Assembly (NCBI GenBank): GCA_050084985.1
Contig: JBITNC010000002.1
Span: 16,430,001-16,494,000, forward strand
Direction: 5' to 3'
From: Nageia nagi
Lineage: Eukaryota > Plantae > Pinophyta
DNA: 64,000 bases
Shown here: positions 53,401 through 64,000 of the stretch, one piece after another
How positions within the stretch are numbered: the stretch's first letter is position 1
Layout: every line of letters starts with the position of its first letter
The notes under the pieces: generated by a model
What the model was told of the DNA's origin: nothing
Seen by the model: only the letters and a program-made list of their open reading frames with translations
Database searches by the model: none
Translations under genes and position numbers: made by a program

Positions 53401-54352
53401 TGGAGTTACAAATGTGACATTTATAAGTTCTTGCTCCCCCTTCAATCTTTTTCCCAGCATCTAGGTTTGTGACAAACTGTAACAGTGGTTTTTTAGGATT
53501 AAATGGGCCTTTAGCAAAATGTTTTAACATTGTGGATGGGCAATCAAAGATTGATGTGTTTTCTTGCTCATTTTCAACTCCCATTTGTGATGTTTCTACC
53601 TCATAGCTTTGATTTTCTTCCTCAATATCACTCATCTTGGACTGTTTTTTTTTTAAAAACTACAAGTAAAGTTTAAAATTTAAACTAAACAAGTAGAGAA
53701 TGAGAAACAGAAAATTAAAAACCTTGGACTGTGCTAAGTAATTTTCTTCTCCTCCTTGGCTTTTCTCCACTACACTGCTGTGTTTCTCTTCCTCCCTCCT
53801 TGCTCTTTCTCCTCACTGCTGTGTTTCTCTTCCTCCCTCCTTGCTCTTTCTCCTCACTGCTGTTTTTTTTCTTCTGTTTGCTGTCTTTCTCTTCCTCTTT
53901 GCTGTCTTTCTCCTCTACACAAAGACAAATGATAACAAAATCACTTTTAGCCTTTTAGAGGAGCTTTTTAGGGTTAAGGGGGGTGCAAAGTTAGGTGGGA
54001 CCCATGCTAGGAGGTTTAAAATTTTTTTTTTTTAAGTGAATCTTTTTTTTTTTTTGAGCTTTAAGCTCTCAGCTGCGCGGGGAACGCCGGATGTCCCCGG
54101 GAACGGTCGGGGAACGGCGGCCGTTCCCTGGCCGTTCCCGGGGACGGCCAGCCGTTCCCTGGCCGTTCCCGATCAGGGGGACGGTCGGGGAACGTTCCCC
54201 CTTCCCCGGGAGCCGTCTCGGGAACGGCCCCCAGCCGTCCCCCAAAAGGGGAACGGCTGGGAAACGTTTCCCAAGGCGTTCCCGCGTTCCCAAAACGTGG
54301 GAACGTCGGGAACGGCTCCTCCAGGAGGGGAACGCGTCCCCGTGGAACACTG
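50470..54352 (-). mobile_element. Intact hAT DNA transposon
   Basis: TIRs CAGTGTTCCAC/GTGGAACACTG, perfect 8-bp TSD GTTCCCAC (50462-50469, 54353-54360), GGGAACG subterminal repeats at both ends. Confidence 0.97.
50955..53635 (-). CDS. hAT transposase, 5 coding exons (53635-52691, 52563-52145, 52023-51844, 51738-51405, 51308-50955), 743 aa
   Basis: GT-AG introns with compatible phases, 2232 nt including stop. BED finger CHIC...IESHL, DUF659 IIMDGWTD/ITDAA/WTPCCVHAL, hATC SSSAAERNWS...RRNRL. Confidence 0.92.
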
Positions 54353-56555
54353 GTTCCCACCCTTTCGTTCCCGCCTGTCCGTCCCCGCTTGTCTGTTCCC
54401 GCCTGTCTGTTCCCGCTTGTCCGTCCCGCCTGTCTGTTCCCACCTGTCCGTCCCGCCTGTCCGTTCCCGCATGTCCATTCCCGCCTGTCTGTTCCCACCC
54501 TTTCGTTCCCGCCTATCCATCCCGCCTGTCCGTCCCGCCTGTCCGTTCCCGCCTGTCCATCCCGCCTGTCCATCCCGCCTGTCCGTTCCCGCTTGTCCGT
54601 CCCGCCTGTCCGTTCTCGCCTGTCCGTCCCGCTTGTTCGTCCCCACTTGTCCGTCCCGCCTGTTCCTTTCGCGGTTGCACGCCACGTCCATCCTGCCTGT
54701 TCGTTTTACGGTTTCTCGCACGGTTTGTCCTAGGCGGCATGGTCGTCTAAGAAACACCTATGCCGTAGGCAAACTGGGTGCCTAACCGTTTGTGGACAGG
54801 TCTTTTTACCTAAAACTACTATGGTGAGGATGATCGACGACCTGTCCCCGCTTGGGCTTGTCAACGGGTCGGTTTGTGTCCACGGTTTGGTTCTTGTGCA
54901 TGTTTTGGGTCCACGGTTCGGTTCGTGTCCATGGTTCGGTTCATGTGCACATTTTGTTACCATGGTTCGATTCATGTGCACGGTTCGGTTCGTGTGCACG
55001 GTTCGGTTGGTGTGCATTGGTCGATCCTAAAAACACATACATCGTAGGCAAACTGCCCCCTTATCCGATTGCAAATAGGTATTTTAACGTAAAACTAATA
55101 TAGGTTCCTTGCGGATTATCGACTCACGGTTTGACCCACAGGTCGGTTCATGTGGACGGTGCATAGGCCAGTTCATGCCCATGGTTTTGTTCATGTGCAC
55201 GATTCAGTCATGTCCACGGTTTGGTCCACAGGCATGCCTTTGGTGTACTAGGATGATCCATCATCTTAATCGATCCTCCAATAATGGACGTTTTTCATGT
55301 TGGGATCCAAAGCGAGGTTTCCAAAAAACACATATGCCGTAAGCAAACCACCCCCTTATCCGATTGTAGACAGGTCTTTTAACCTAAAACTACTATGGTG
55401 AGGATGGTTGGTGACCCGTGCTTGCCTGGGTTGGCGCAATGCAACTCGTCCAGTCTTGAGACGGTCGGTTTCTCGAGTCGATCTCGTCACCTAGGTTGGC
55501 TATGCACGGAGCCAACCTATGCCTTCCGTTGATCGCTTGGTCTTGGGCGCATTCTCATTTGCATCGGTCCATCCCATGTTTCTACCCTCGGTTTTTTGCA
55601 AGGTTCATCTAAGGCGTGATGGTTGTCTAAAAAACACCTATGCCGTAGGCAAACTAGGCACTTAACCGTTTCTAGACAGGTCCTTTTACCTAAAACTACT
55701 ATGGTGAGGATGGTTGGTGACCCATCCTTGCCTGGGTTGGTACAATGCAACTCATGCAATCTCGAGACGGTCGGTTTCTCGAGTCGATCCTATCACCCAA
55801 GTTGGCTTGGCGCGAAGCCAACCTGACCCTTCCATTCACCTGTCCCTCCATGTCTCCTACTTTACCACGCTTCCACCCCCCTACTCGAGATTCCCCTGCA
55901 GTTCGGTTGAGGTGCCAAGTACATCCCAAGCTACGACTACATGCAGAACGTCTCCTGTGAGTCCTTCCCATGTGCGATGGTGGGAAGCACCTGGAGGAAC
56001 CCTGCTGCACGGTGTATCATGATCCTAGGTCTACCAGCAGACTGCGGTTGCCCGATGATCACGTTGCTTGTGAGTCCGCGAAGAGTACTGTGGATGCTGA
56101 GTGTAGCGACGGGTCAGAACCATGTCCCATCCTGATCGCGGACCCCTTGTCCTTCCCGTGCCATCCTTGCTACCTTTATCGTCCTTGCTGTGTTCGGTCC
56201 GTTCTTGCCTGTCCGTCCCCGCCTGTCCGTCCCGCCTGTCCGTCCCACCTGTCCGTTCCCGCCTGTCCATTCCTGCCTGTCCATTCCCATCCTTTTGTTC
56301 CCACCTATCCATCCCGCCTGTTCGTCTTGCCTGTCCGTTCCCGCCTGTCCGTCCCGCCTGTCCATCCCCGCCTGTCCGTCCCCGCATGTCCATTCCCGCC
56401 TGTCCGTCCCCGCTTGTCCGTCCCCGCCTATCCGTCTCGCATAGCCAACCTAGGTGACGAGATCGACTCGAGAAACCGACCGTCTCGAGATTGGATGAGT
56501 TGCATTGCGCCAACCCGGGCAAGCACGGGTCACCAACCATCCTCACCATAGTAGT

Positions 56556-57053
56556 TGAAACGCTACCAGACGTGCCACCCCTTGGGGCATGGCTTGTCGA
56601 TGGTAACGCCCAGCACCAACATAGTCGACACGGTCCGAAAGCCTGGGTACCGGACTTATGGGAATCACCCCCGCCAGACGTATCATCCCATGGCCCGTCC
56701 TGCACGGCTAGCCAGCTTCGCCGTCTCCGTCAACTCCGTAGTTGCATACTGCTCGAGGCCTCGTGCCTCTAGAGCTGGTCCGACCCCTTGGAGCATCGGA
56801 CTGGTTTGTCATAGTTACCAGGATGCCTGGTGCTCACAGCCCAACCAACGACCTTGAAACGGGTATCACCCCTAAGGTCCCCCTGAGCTGTATTCGGCCA
56901 TCCATGTCGCCCAGTCCAACCATAGGAACGGACTCTCAACCTTGTCCGCCATGGTTCCTAAGGCACGATAGTCTGGGCCCGGAATGGATCCCCGTGTACT
57001 AGAGGTTACGCTCTACGTACACTCACCACCCCGGGAGAGGCGGCCCTCTCACA
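56556..57053 (-). repeat. 3' LTR of Galadriel-like element
   Basis: Copy of 62710-63207; about 16 substitutions by manual count. Confidence 0.95.
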
Positions 57054-57135
57054 TTCTCCCCCACTTAAAGATGTTGACGTCCTCCTCAACAATGTACCCT
57101 GAAGGGACAAGTGGGTCTCTGGCAACAAATTGGTG

Positions 57136-60100
57136 CTAGTCACGCCACCAATATTTTTCATGGCCTTCAGCCAGGAACTCTTGGATCTTGTCCTCAAAGT
57201 TGCATAAGCTTTCTGCTCTTTCCCATGTGTCATTTTCGATGGTTTCACCTTCCCATCCGATAAGGTACTCGGTTTTCTTTATCTTGCCAAAGCCCCTTGT
57301 CCTAACACCCTTGATCTCTTTTACTATCTTCTGCGGTCTGTCGATGATACCGGCAGGCGGGCGAGTGGGAACCATTCTCTCAGGGTTTTCTAGATCTTCC
57401 ACACATGGCCTCAACTGGCTGACATGAAAAACATCATGTATGTGTAGATGACTTGGTAGCTGGATCTTATACGCCACTTTGCCAATTCGCTTAATCACTC
57501 TAAACGGTCCCTCATATCTCCTCGTGAGGGACTTTGACGTTCCCGGTGCAGGCTTGAAGTGGTCTCCATCAATTCTCAACAATACCAAGTCCCCAACCTT
57601 GAACTCCAACTCCCGTCTCCTCTGATCTGCATTTTTCCGCATTCTCTACTGAGCCTGTAGTAAAAATGCTCGTGCGACATCTATTCTCTCCTTCCAATCC
57701 TCCAGGTACCAAGTTGCCGATGGGCAAGTGCTATAGTATTCCGGTACCACCGTGTGGGGAGCGATTGGTTGCCTACCCGTGGCAAGTTCAAATGGAGTGA
57801 ATTTACTTGAGGCTGACTTCTGGCTGTTATAACTAAACTGTGCAATGTCCAGGAGGTCAGGCCAATTTGTTTGGTCTGATGTCACATAATGCCTCAAATA
57901 TTCCTCTAGGATCCCATTTATTCTCTCTGTCTGCCCATCTGTCTGTGGATGGTGACTTGTGGACAGGAATAGCTTTGTGCCCATTATCCTGAATAACGCT
58001 GACCAGAAGTTACTAGTGAATCGAGCATCCCTATCCGACACAATGTTCAGTGGTATCCCCCAATATTTCACAACATGCTTGAAGAAGTACTCGGCTGCCG
58101 TTGCCGCTTCGCATGGATACCTACACCGGATGAATGTGGCATACTTAGAGAATCTATCAACCACTACCATAATGCTAGTATACCCTTGTACCTCCGGTAA
58201 GTTGGTGATAAAGTCCATGCTGACACTCACCCATGGTCCGACAGGTATTGGGAGAGGTTGAAGTAAACCTGCTGGCCGTTTTCTCACTCTTATCTTGTTG
58301 GCACAACAGGCAGCTTCTCATATAGCTTTCCACATCCTTGAACATGTTCGGCCAATAGTACCCTCTAGAGATCAACGCCATCATCCTATCTCTTCCTGGG
58401 TGTCCGGCCCAAGGTGAGTCGTGACACTTTCATTATCTCCGTTCTTAGGCCGTCCCACTTCGGCACATAGATCCTGTTGGCACCGTACATCAACAAGCCC
58501 ATACGAGTCCTGAACCTTGTCAACCGATTCACATTTGCAAATTTATCTGCTGAGGCTACCATGGCTCTGGCCTGCGGGTCATTTTCCATCCCTTCTCTGA
58601 TTCTCGAAACCAAATCCCCTGAAAGCTGTACTTGACCTGGTTGATTTGGTTGTTGATCCTCTTTAGCCAACTCCTCTTGGCCATTTGTCATCGCAGTGAG
58701 GGCACGGGGTGGTCTCTCCCCCACTTGAGCTTGGGCGAGCTCCTGCGAGTCCTCATTAGGGTCTTTTAGTTGAGCCTTATGGCTCAAGGCATCCGCTACC
58801 GCATTCTTCTTGCCAGGGTTATATCTGATCTCAGCATCATATTTAGCCAAGAAGTCTGCCCACCGTGCCTTCTTGCCCGTTAGCTTACTAGATGTCTTGA
58901 AATAAGTGTTGGAGATGTCCGTTTTGATCACAAACGGAGTGCCCAAAAGATAGTGTCTCCAAACACGTAAACAGTGTAAGACTGCCACCATTTCCTTATC
59001 ATGCGCGGGGTAGTTCGTCTCTGCGTCCTTCAGCTTCCGTGATTCATAAGCTATGGGGTGTCCATCCTGGATCAAGACCCCACCGATGGCATAATCTGAG
59101 GCATCCGTGTGCACTTCAAAAGGCTTAGAAAAATCAGGCAAGGCTAAGACAGGTGAGGTTGTGAGTTTACTCTTTAACTCCTCAAATGCTTTGTCGATCT
59201 GCTATCCAAAACCACCTTGTTTGCTTTCTGAGCAACTGCGTGAGGGGAGCTGCTATCTTTGAATATCCACACACAAACTTTCTATAGTAGTTGGCTAAGC
59301 CCAAAAACTGTCTGAGCTGGTGGACATCCTTCGGAGGCTCTCAATCCCGAATGGCATCCAATTTATTCATTTCTGGCTTAATCTTTCCACCACCGACGAC
59401 ATGTCCCAAGAAGCTCACTTCAGTTTGTGCAAAAGCACATTTTTCCTTTTTGACGTAAAGCTCATTCTCCCTGAGCTTGTCAAACACCAAGGCCAGATGT
59501 GTTTTGTGCTCCTCTAGGGACTTGCTATAAACCAATATGTCGTCTAGATATACCACGACAAACTTATCCAAATAAGGTCTGAACACATCGTTCATCAGTG
59601 TACAAAATGTCGCGGGGGCATTGCATAAGCCAAATGGCATAACCATAAAATCAAAAGAGCCATATCTCGTTACACAGGTTGTTTTCTCTTCATCACCCTG
59701 TGCGATACGCACTTGGTAATAGCCTTGCTTTAAATCAAGTTTCGAGAAGTACACGGCTTTACCCAGTCGATCAAAACAATCCTCAATGAGTGGGAGTGGG
59801 TACTTGTTTTTGATCGTAATTTTATTAAGGGCCCGGTAGTCCACACACATCCTCAATGACCCATCTTTCTTTTTCTGAAATAGCACTGGTGCCCCATAAG
59901 GTGAGTGAGACAGTCTCAAATAACCAGCAGCCATCAACTCCTCTAGCTGTTTCTTTAACTCTACCATTTCAGTCGCTGACAGTCTATACGGTCTGATGGA
60001 TGGTGGTTTGGCCCCCGGTGTTAACTCAATCTTGTGATCCACTGTTCTCCTCGGTGGAAGTCGGGTTGGTAGCTCCACTGGCATCACATCTCCATATCTC

Positions 60101-62066
60101 TCCAGAACTTCCTTAATCTCCCCCGGAACTGCTGCCTTCTCCACTTCCTGATCTTCCCATCCGCCCAACATAGCTGCTAGAAACAAGGGTTCCCATTTAT
60201 TCCTAGAGGCTTTTCTAATAGACATGGCAGATAGGTTTTGGAGACGACCACTAGACCTAGGTTCAACAAGGTCGACCATGCACGAGTAGTCAGGGTGCAT
60301 AATGACCAGCTTCCCGATGTGGGGCATGGCCGCGGCATGGGCAGTATAGATGAAGGACTGACCTAGGACCAGGTCGAAGTTGAGGCTAGGCACCACAAAG
60401 AGAATTGTGGTTCCAAGCCACTTCCCTACTTGGAGGGACACCTTGGGAGTCCGACGCAGATTGATTTCCTCTGGCCGGATGGCAACTTGTAGGGAGTCAT
60501 TGGACTTGTGCATTTTGAGGCCCAAATCCTTACACAGACGTTCGGATATATAATTACTTGACGCACCCCCATCAACAAGAGCCACGACAGGTCTACCATT
60601 AAGGGTTACATCTACATAACTAAGAGGGTAATGTTGACTCTCATCGATGCGAGTCGGCTTACCCTCGATGGCTGCCAAGGCATTCAGAAGTCGAACACCA
60701 GGATTGCCCTGAGGGTTCGATGTCGTTGGGGTGGACGTCGTGAGGGCCAACGGTTGAGAAGGTTGAGTGACATAGTATTGGACCGGCTGGATTTGGGGCG
60801 TGGCTAAGTTCATGACATTAAGGCGATTTTGGTGAGGGCATTCTCTAGCAATATGATCGGTACCATCACACCTAAAGCACCTTGATTTGCTTTGTCGCTC
60901 GTACTCCACCCGTCGAGCCTTCTGATACCGGTTATTGTCTTCACCCTGATACCCTCTTTTGCCCTTTTTGTTCCTGTCATGCTTGCCTTCTCCTTTTCCA
61001 AACCTTTCCTGCTTACCCCTGTTGTCTCTGTCATCCCGACTGTCACTTCCCCAACCTTTTCTGTGCTTCCGCTTGTCCCCTGAATTCTTCTTCTCCGAAC
61101 TTGACCCTCTTTTCCCATCTCTTTTATTTCCTTTATCCATCTTCGAACCGGACTCTTTATAATCAATCAGCTTTTCTGCCGCTGATATCGCTTCAGTGAG
61201 CTTGCTTATCTGTTGTCTGTTCAACTCGGCCTTGGCCCAGGCTTGAAGGCCCTTCATAAAATAGTGCAGTTTAACATGCTCTTGCAAGCCCGTTGTTGCC
61301 AACACATATATCTGGAAAGCCTTGATATAATCTTTTATGGTACCGGTGTGTTGGAGAGTGTCCAACTTCTCAAGGATCTTTATCTCCGCATTGGTGGGCT
61401 TAAATTGCTCTCTCACGAGCTGTTGGAAGTTTTCCCACGTTTTGCAGGGATCCACCCCTGTCAATGATGTAGAACGGGTTCTCCACCAAAGTTTTGCACC
61501 ACCTTCTAATAAACCCACTGCGATATTGATCTTTTTCTGATCATCAACCCGTGGAAGCTGACTGAAGTAATGACCCAAATCCAGAGCCAAGTCTCCAACA
61601 CCGTTGCATCCCGTTCCCCACTATACGAGGTTGGCATTTTCACCTTTATTCTTGCCTCGACCTTATCTTGTCCTGCCGAACTCGCCGTGAGTTGCATCAG
61701 CAGGGTCACCTTTTCGGTCAAGTCCTGGATAATCCGTCTATCCTTTCCCACTTGAGTCTCTAAGTCGAAAACACGGTTACCCAAGTCCACAGTCTCACTG
61801 CGCATGATCTCATGCTCCTCAGTAAGGGCAGCATTTTCTGCTTGGAGTCGCACGATTAACTCACCATCCCCCACTCTTTCACCGCGGGGTTTACTTTTAT
61901 TCAGATCCCTCAATTCCTTGAACTGTTCCAAATATTTATCCATCGTTATTTGATGTATGGCTCGGTAAGGAGTTTCCTCCTCTTCATCCCGAGCAACCGG
62001 TGCCTGTGGTGCCACTTCCTCAGGCACCTCATCCAACAGTGTTTCTTCCACTGGCTGCGCAGACAT
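57136..62066 (-). pseudogene. Disrupted gag-pol with chromodomain
   Basis: ORF pieces 61506-62066, 59341-61590, 58386-59141, 58175-58384, 57646-58287 and 57136-57642, separated by frameshifts/stop. Zinc knuckle [14 protein letters not shown], protease LVDGGAS. Confidence 0.9.
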
Positions 62067-62709
62067 CTTGAACAACCTGACACAATCCCCAACAATAGTC
62101 TGATGTAGGTAGACACACGCAGACACAACTATCACACTTCACGCTTCAAACCTACATCAAGGGACATCTCGGTTAGGACACAACACAAGGCGCCACGAAT
62201 TGCTAAGGCAAACAAAGGTTGTGCATGAGCAGAAATAAACACGCAACACAAGCATGCACCAACACATGGTAAACATCACATCACATTCTCCCACCCCTGC
62301 TAGACTCTCTATAGTTTCACATGGGACCGGGGGGGAGTATGATAGAAACCATGTTTTGCCTTTCACATAGCAATTCTATTATGCCGTCGACATGGCATAC
62401 GGGATCCCACTCCTTACACGAGGAGTTCCACAAGTGCTGCCTCCTTCGGCGCATCTGCACCCATGGGCGGGTGCTGCCTCTATCGACGTATCGGCACCCT
62501 TGGGCGGGTGCTGCCTCTATCGGCGTATCGGCACCCCTGCACGTGTAGCAATCAAGCATCAGTGCATACTCACATACCTTGGTCGATGAGGCATAGGTGA
62601 GTAACCAAATCCCCTTCGCGGGCATCGTGTTTCATGCGGGTCGAATCGGCACGATACACACGGCACATGGCACCCTCCTTGCCTGAACCCCCAAGGCTTT
62701 GATACCACA

Positions 62710-63207
62710 TGAAACGCTACCAGACGCGCCACCCCTTGGGGCATGGCTTGTCGATGGTAACGCCCGGCACCGACATAGTCGACACGGTCTGAAAGCCTGG
62801 GTACCGGACTTATGGGAATCACCCCCGCCAGACGTATCCTCTCATGGCCCGTCCCGCACGGCTAGCCAGCTCCGCCGTCTTCGTCAACTCCGTAGTTGCA
62901 TACTGCTCGAGGCCTCGTGCCTCTAGAGCTGGTCCGACCCCTTGGAGCATCGGACCGGTTTGTCATAGTTACCAGGATGCCTGGTGCTCACCGCCCAACC
63001 AACGACCTTCAAACGGGTATCACCCCTAAGGTCCCCCTGAGCTGTATTCGGCCATCCATGCCGCCCAGTCCAACCATAGGAATGGACTCTCAACCTTGTC
63101 CGCCATGGTTCCTAAGGCACGACAGTCTGGGCCCGGAATGGATCCCCGTGTACTAGAGGTTACGCTCTACGTACACTCACCACCTCGGGAGAGGCGGCCC
63201 TCTCACA
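62710..63207 (-). repeat. 5' LTR of Galadriel-like element
   Basis: Adjacent to the PBS; TG...CA ends. Confidence 0.95.
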
Positions 63208-64000
63208 GTAGTTTTAGGTTAAAAGACCTATCTACAATCGGATAAGGGGGTGGTTTGCTTACGGCATATGTGTCTTTTGGAAACCTCGCTTTGGACCCCA
63301 ACATGAAAAACGTCCATTATTGGAGGATCGATTTCCTAGTACACCAAAGGCATGCCTGTGGACCAAACCGTGGACATGACTGAATCGTGCACATGAACAA
63401 AACCATGGGCATGAACCGGCCTATGCACCGTCCACATGAACCGGCCCGTGGACCAAATCGTGAATCGACAATCCGTAAGGAACCTATATTAGTTTTAGGT
63501 TGAAATACCTATCTGCAATCGGATAAGGGGGCATTTTGCCTACGGCGTATGTGTTTTTAGGATCGACCCATGCACACCAACCGAACCGTGCACACGAACC
63601 GACCCGTGCACATGAATCGAACTGTGGACACAAAATGTGCACAAGAACGAACCGTGGAGGCAAAACGTGCACAAGAACCAAACCGTCGACACAAATCGGC
63701 CCGTTGACAAGCCCATGCACACGAACCGCACCGTCCACATGAACCGGCCCGTGGACCAAACCGTGAGTTGACAATCCGCAAGGAACCTATATTAGTTTTA
63801 GGTTGAAATACCTATCTGCAATCGGATAAGGGGGCATTTTGCCTACGGCGTATGTGTTTTTAGGATCGACCCGTGCACACCAACCGAACAGTGGACATGA
63901 AACGAACCGTGCACACAAACAGATCCGTGCACATGAATCGAACCATGGTAACAAAATGTGCACATGAACCGAACCATGGACATGAACCGAACCGTGGACC

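Larger units (their letters stand above)
56556..63207 (-). mobile_element. Full-length Ty3/gypsy chromovirus, Galadriel-like
   Basis: 498-bp LTRs at 56556-57053 and 62710-63207, perfect TSD GTAGT, PBS TGGTATCAAAGC (62696-62707, minus), PPT AGTGGGGGAGAA (57054-57065). Gag [15 protein letters not shown]-terminal chromodomain EYLIGWEG...DTWE. Confidence 0.95.
48998..64000. repeat. GC-rich modular repeat array (possibly rDNA intergenic-spacer derived), interrupted by a hAT and a gypsy element and containing an inversion
   Basis: ~1.9-kb unit (49031-50469 + 54361-54852) repeated at 54853-56438. Subrepeats of ~18 bp (GGTTCGGTTC(G/A)TGTGCAC) and 13-14 bp (CGT(T)CCCGCCTGTC). Inverted from ~56439; ~303-bp period at 63481/63784. 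Confidence 0.85.

Noticed and set aside
54036-54785. Long overlapping Pro/Arg/Cys-rich ORFs on both strands (also at 50136-50594 and 55970-56705)
   Set aside because: Artefacts of GC-rich 13-14-bp subrepeats and hAT subterminal repeats that lack stop codons; no domain motifs.

Overview
Eukaryotic plant DNA, probably gymnosperm (judged from the ITS2 and retroelement style). The host gene is a phytochelatin synthase (PCS) on the + strand. Five internal exons splice in frame (14407-14645, 29916-30079, 41561-41612, 43112-43339, 43456-43974) across introns of 15.3 kb, 11.5 kb, 1.5 kb and 116 bp; I could not find the first and last exons in the window. The rest is a nest of mobile DNA. (1) A full-length but defective Ty3/gypsy element at 1432-8211. 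(2) A Copia element with a TRIM-like unit fused to its 5' end at 17724-21931. (3) Several hAT transposons, including one apparently intact autonomous copy at 50470-54352 (743-aa spliced transposase, perfect TIRs, 8-bp TSD) and two older relatives nested one inside the other. (4) A ~4-kb putative solo LTR. (5) A decayed 5.8S-ITS2-26S rDNA fragment fused to a GC-rich modular repeat array that contains an inversion. (6) A Galadriel-type chromovirus at 56556-63207, inserted exactly into a recurrent motif of that array. The most notable object is a non-autonomous LTR retroelement at ~30801-35322 with no gag/pol. It instead carries intron-less fragments of host genes: an ATG2-like N-terminus, NOT1 of the CCR4-NOT complex, and the C-terminal membrane domain of an MgtA-type P3B Mg2+-ATPase. 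The last two are fused in one open 792-codon frame, resembling maize Bs1. All homology calls are by recognition of motifs, not database searches.
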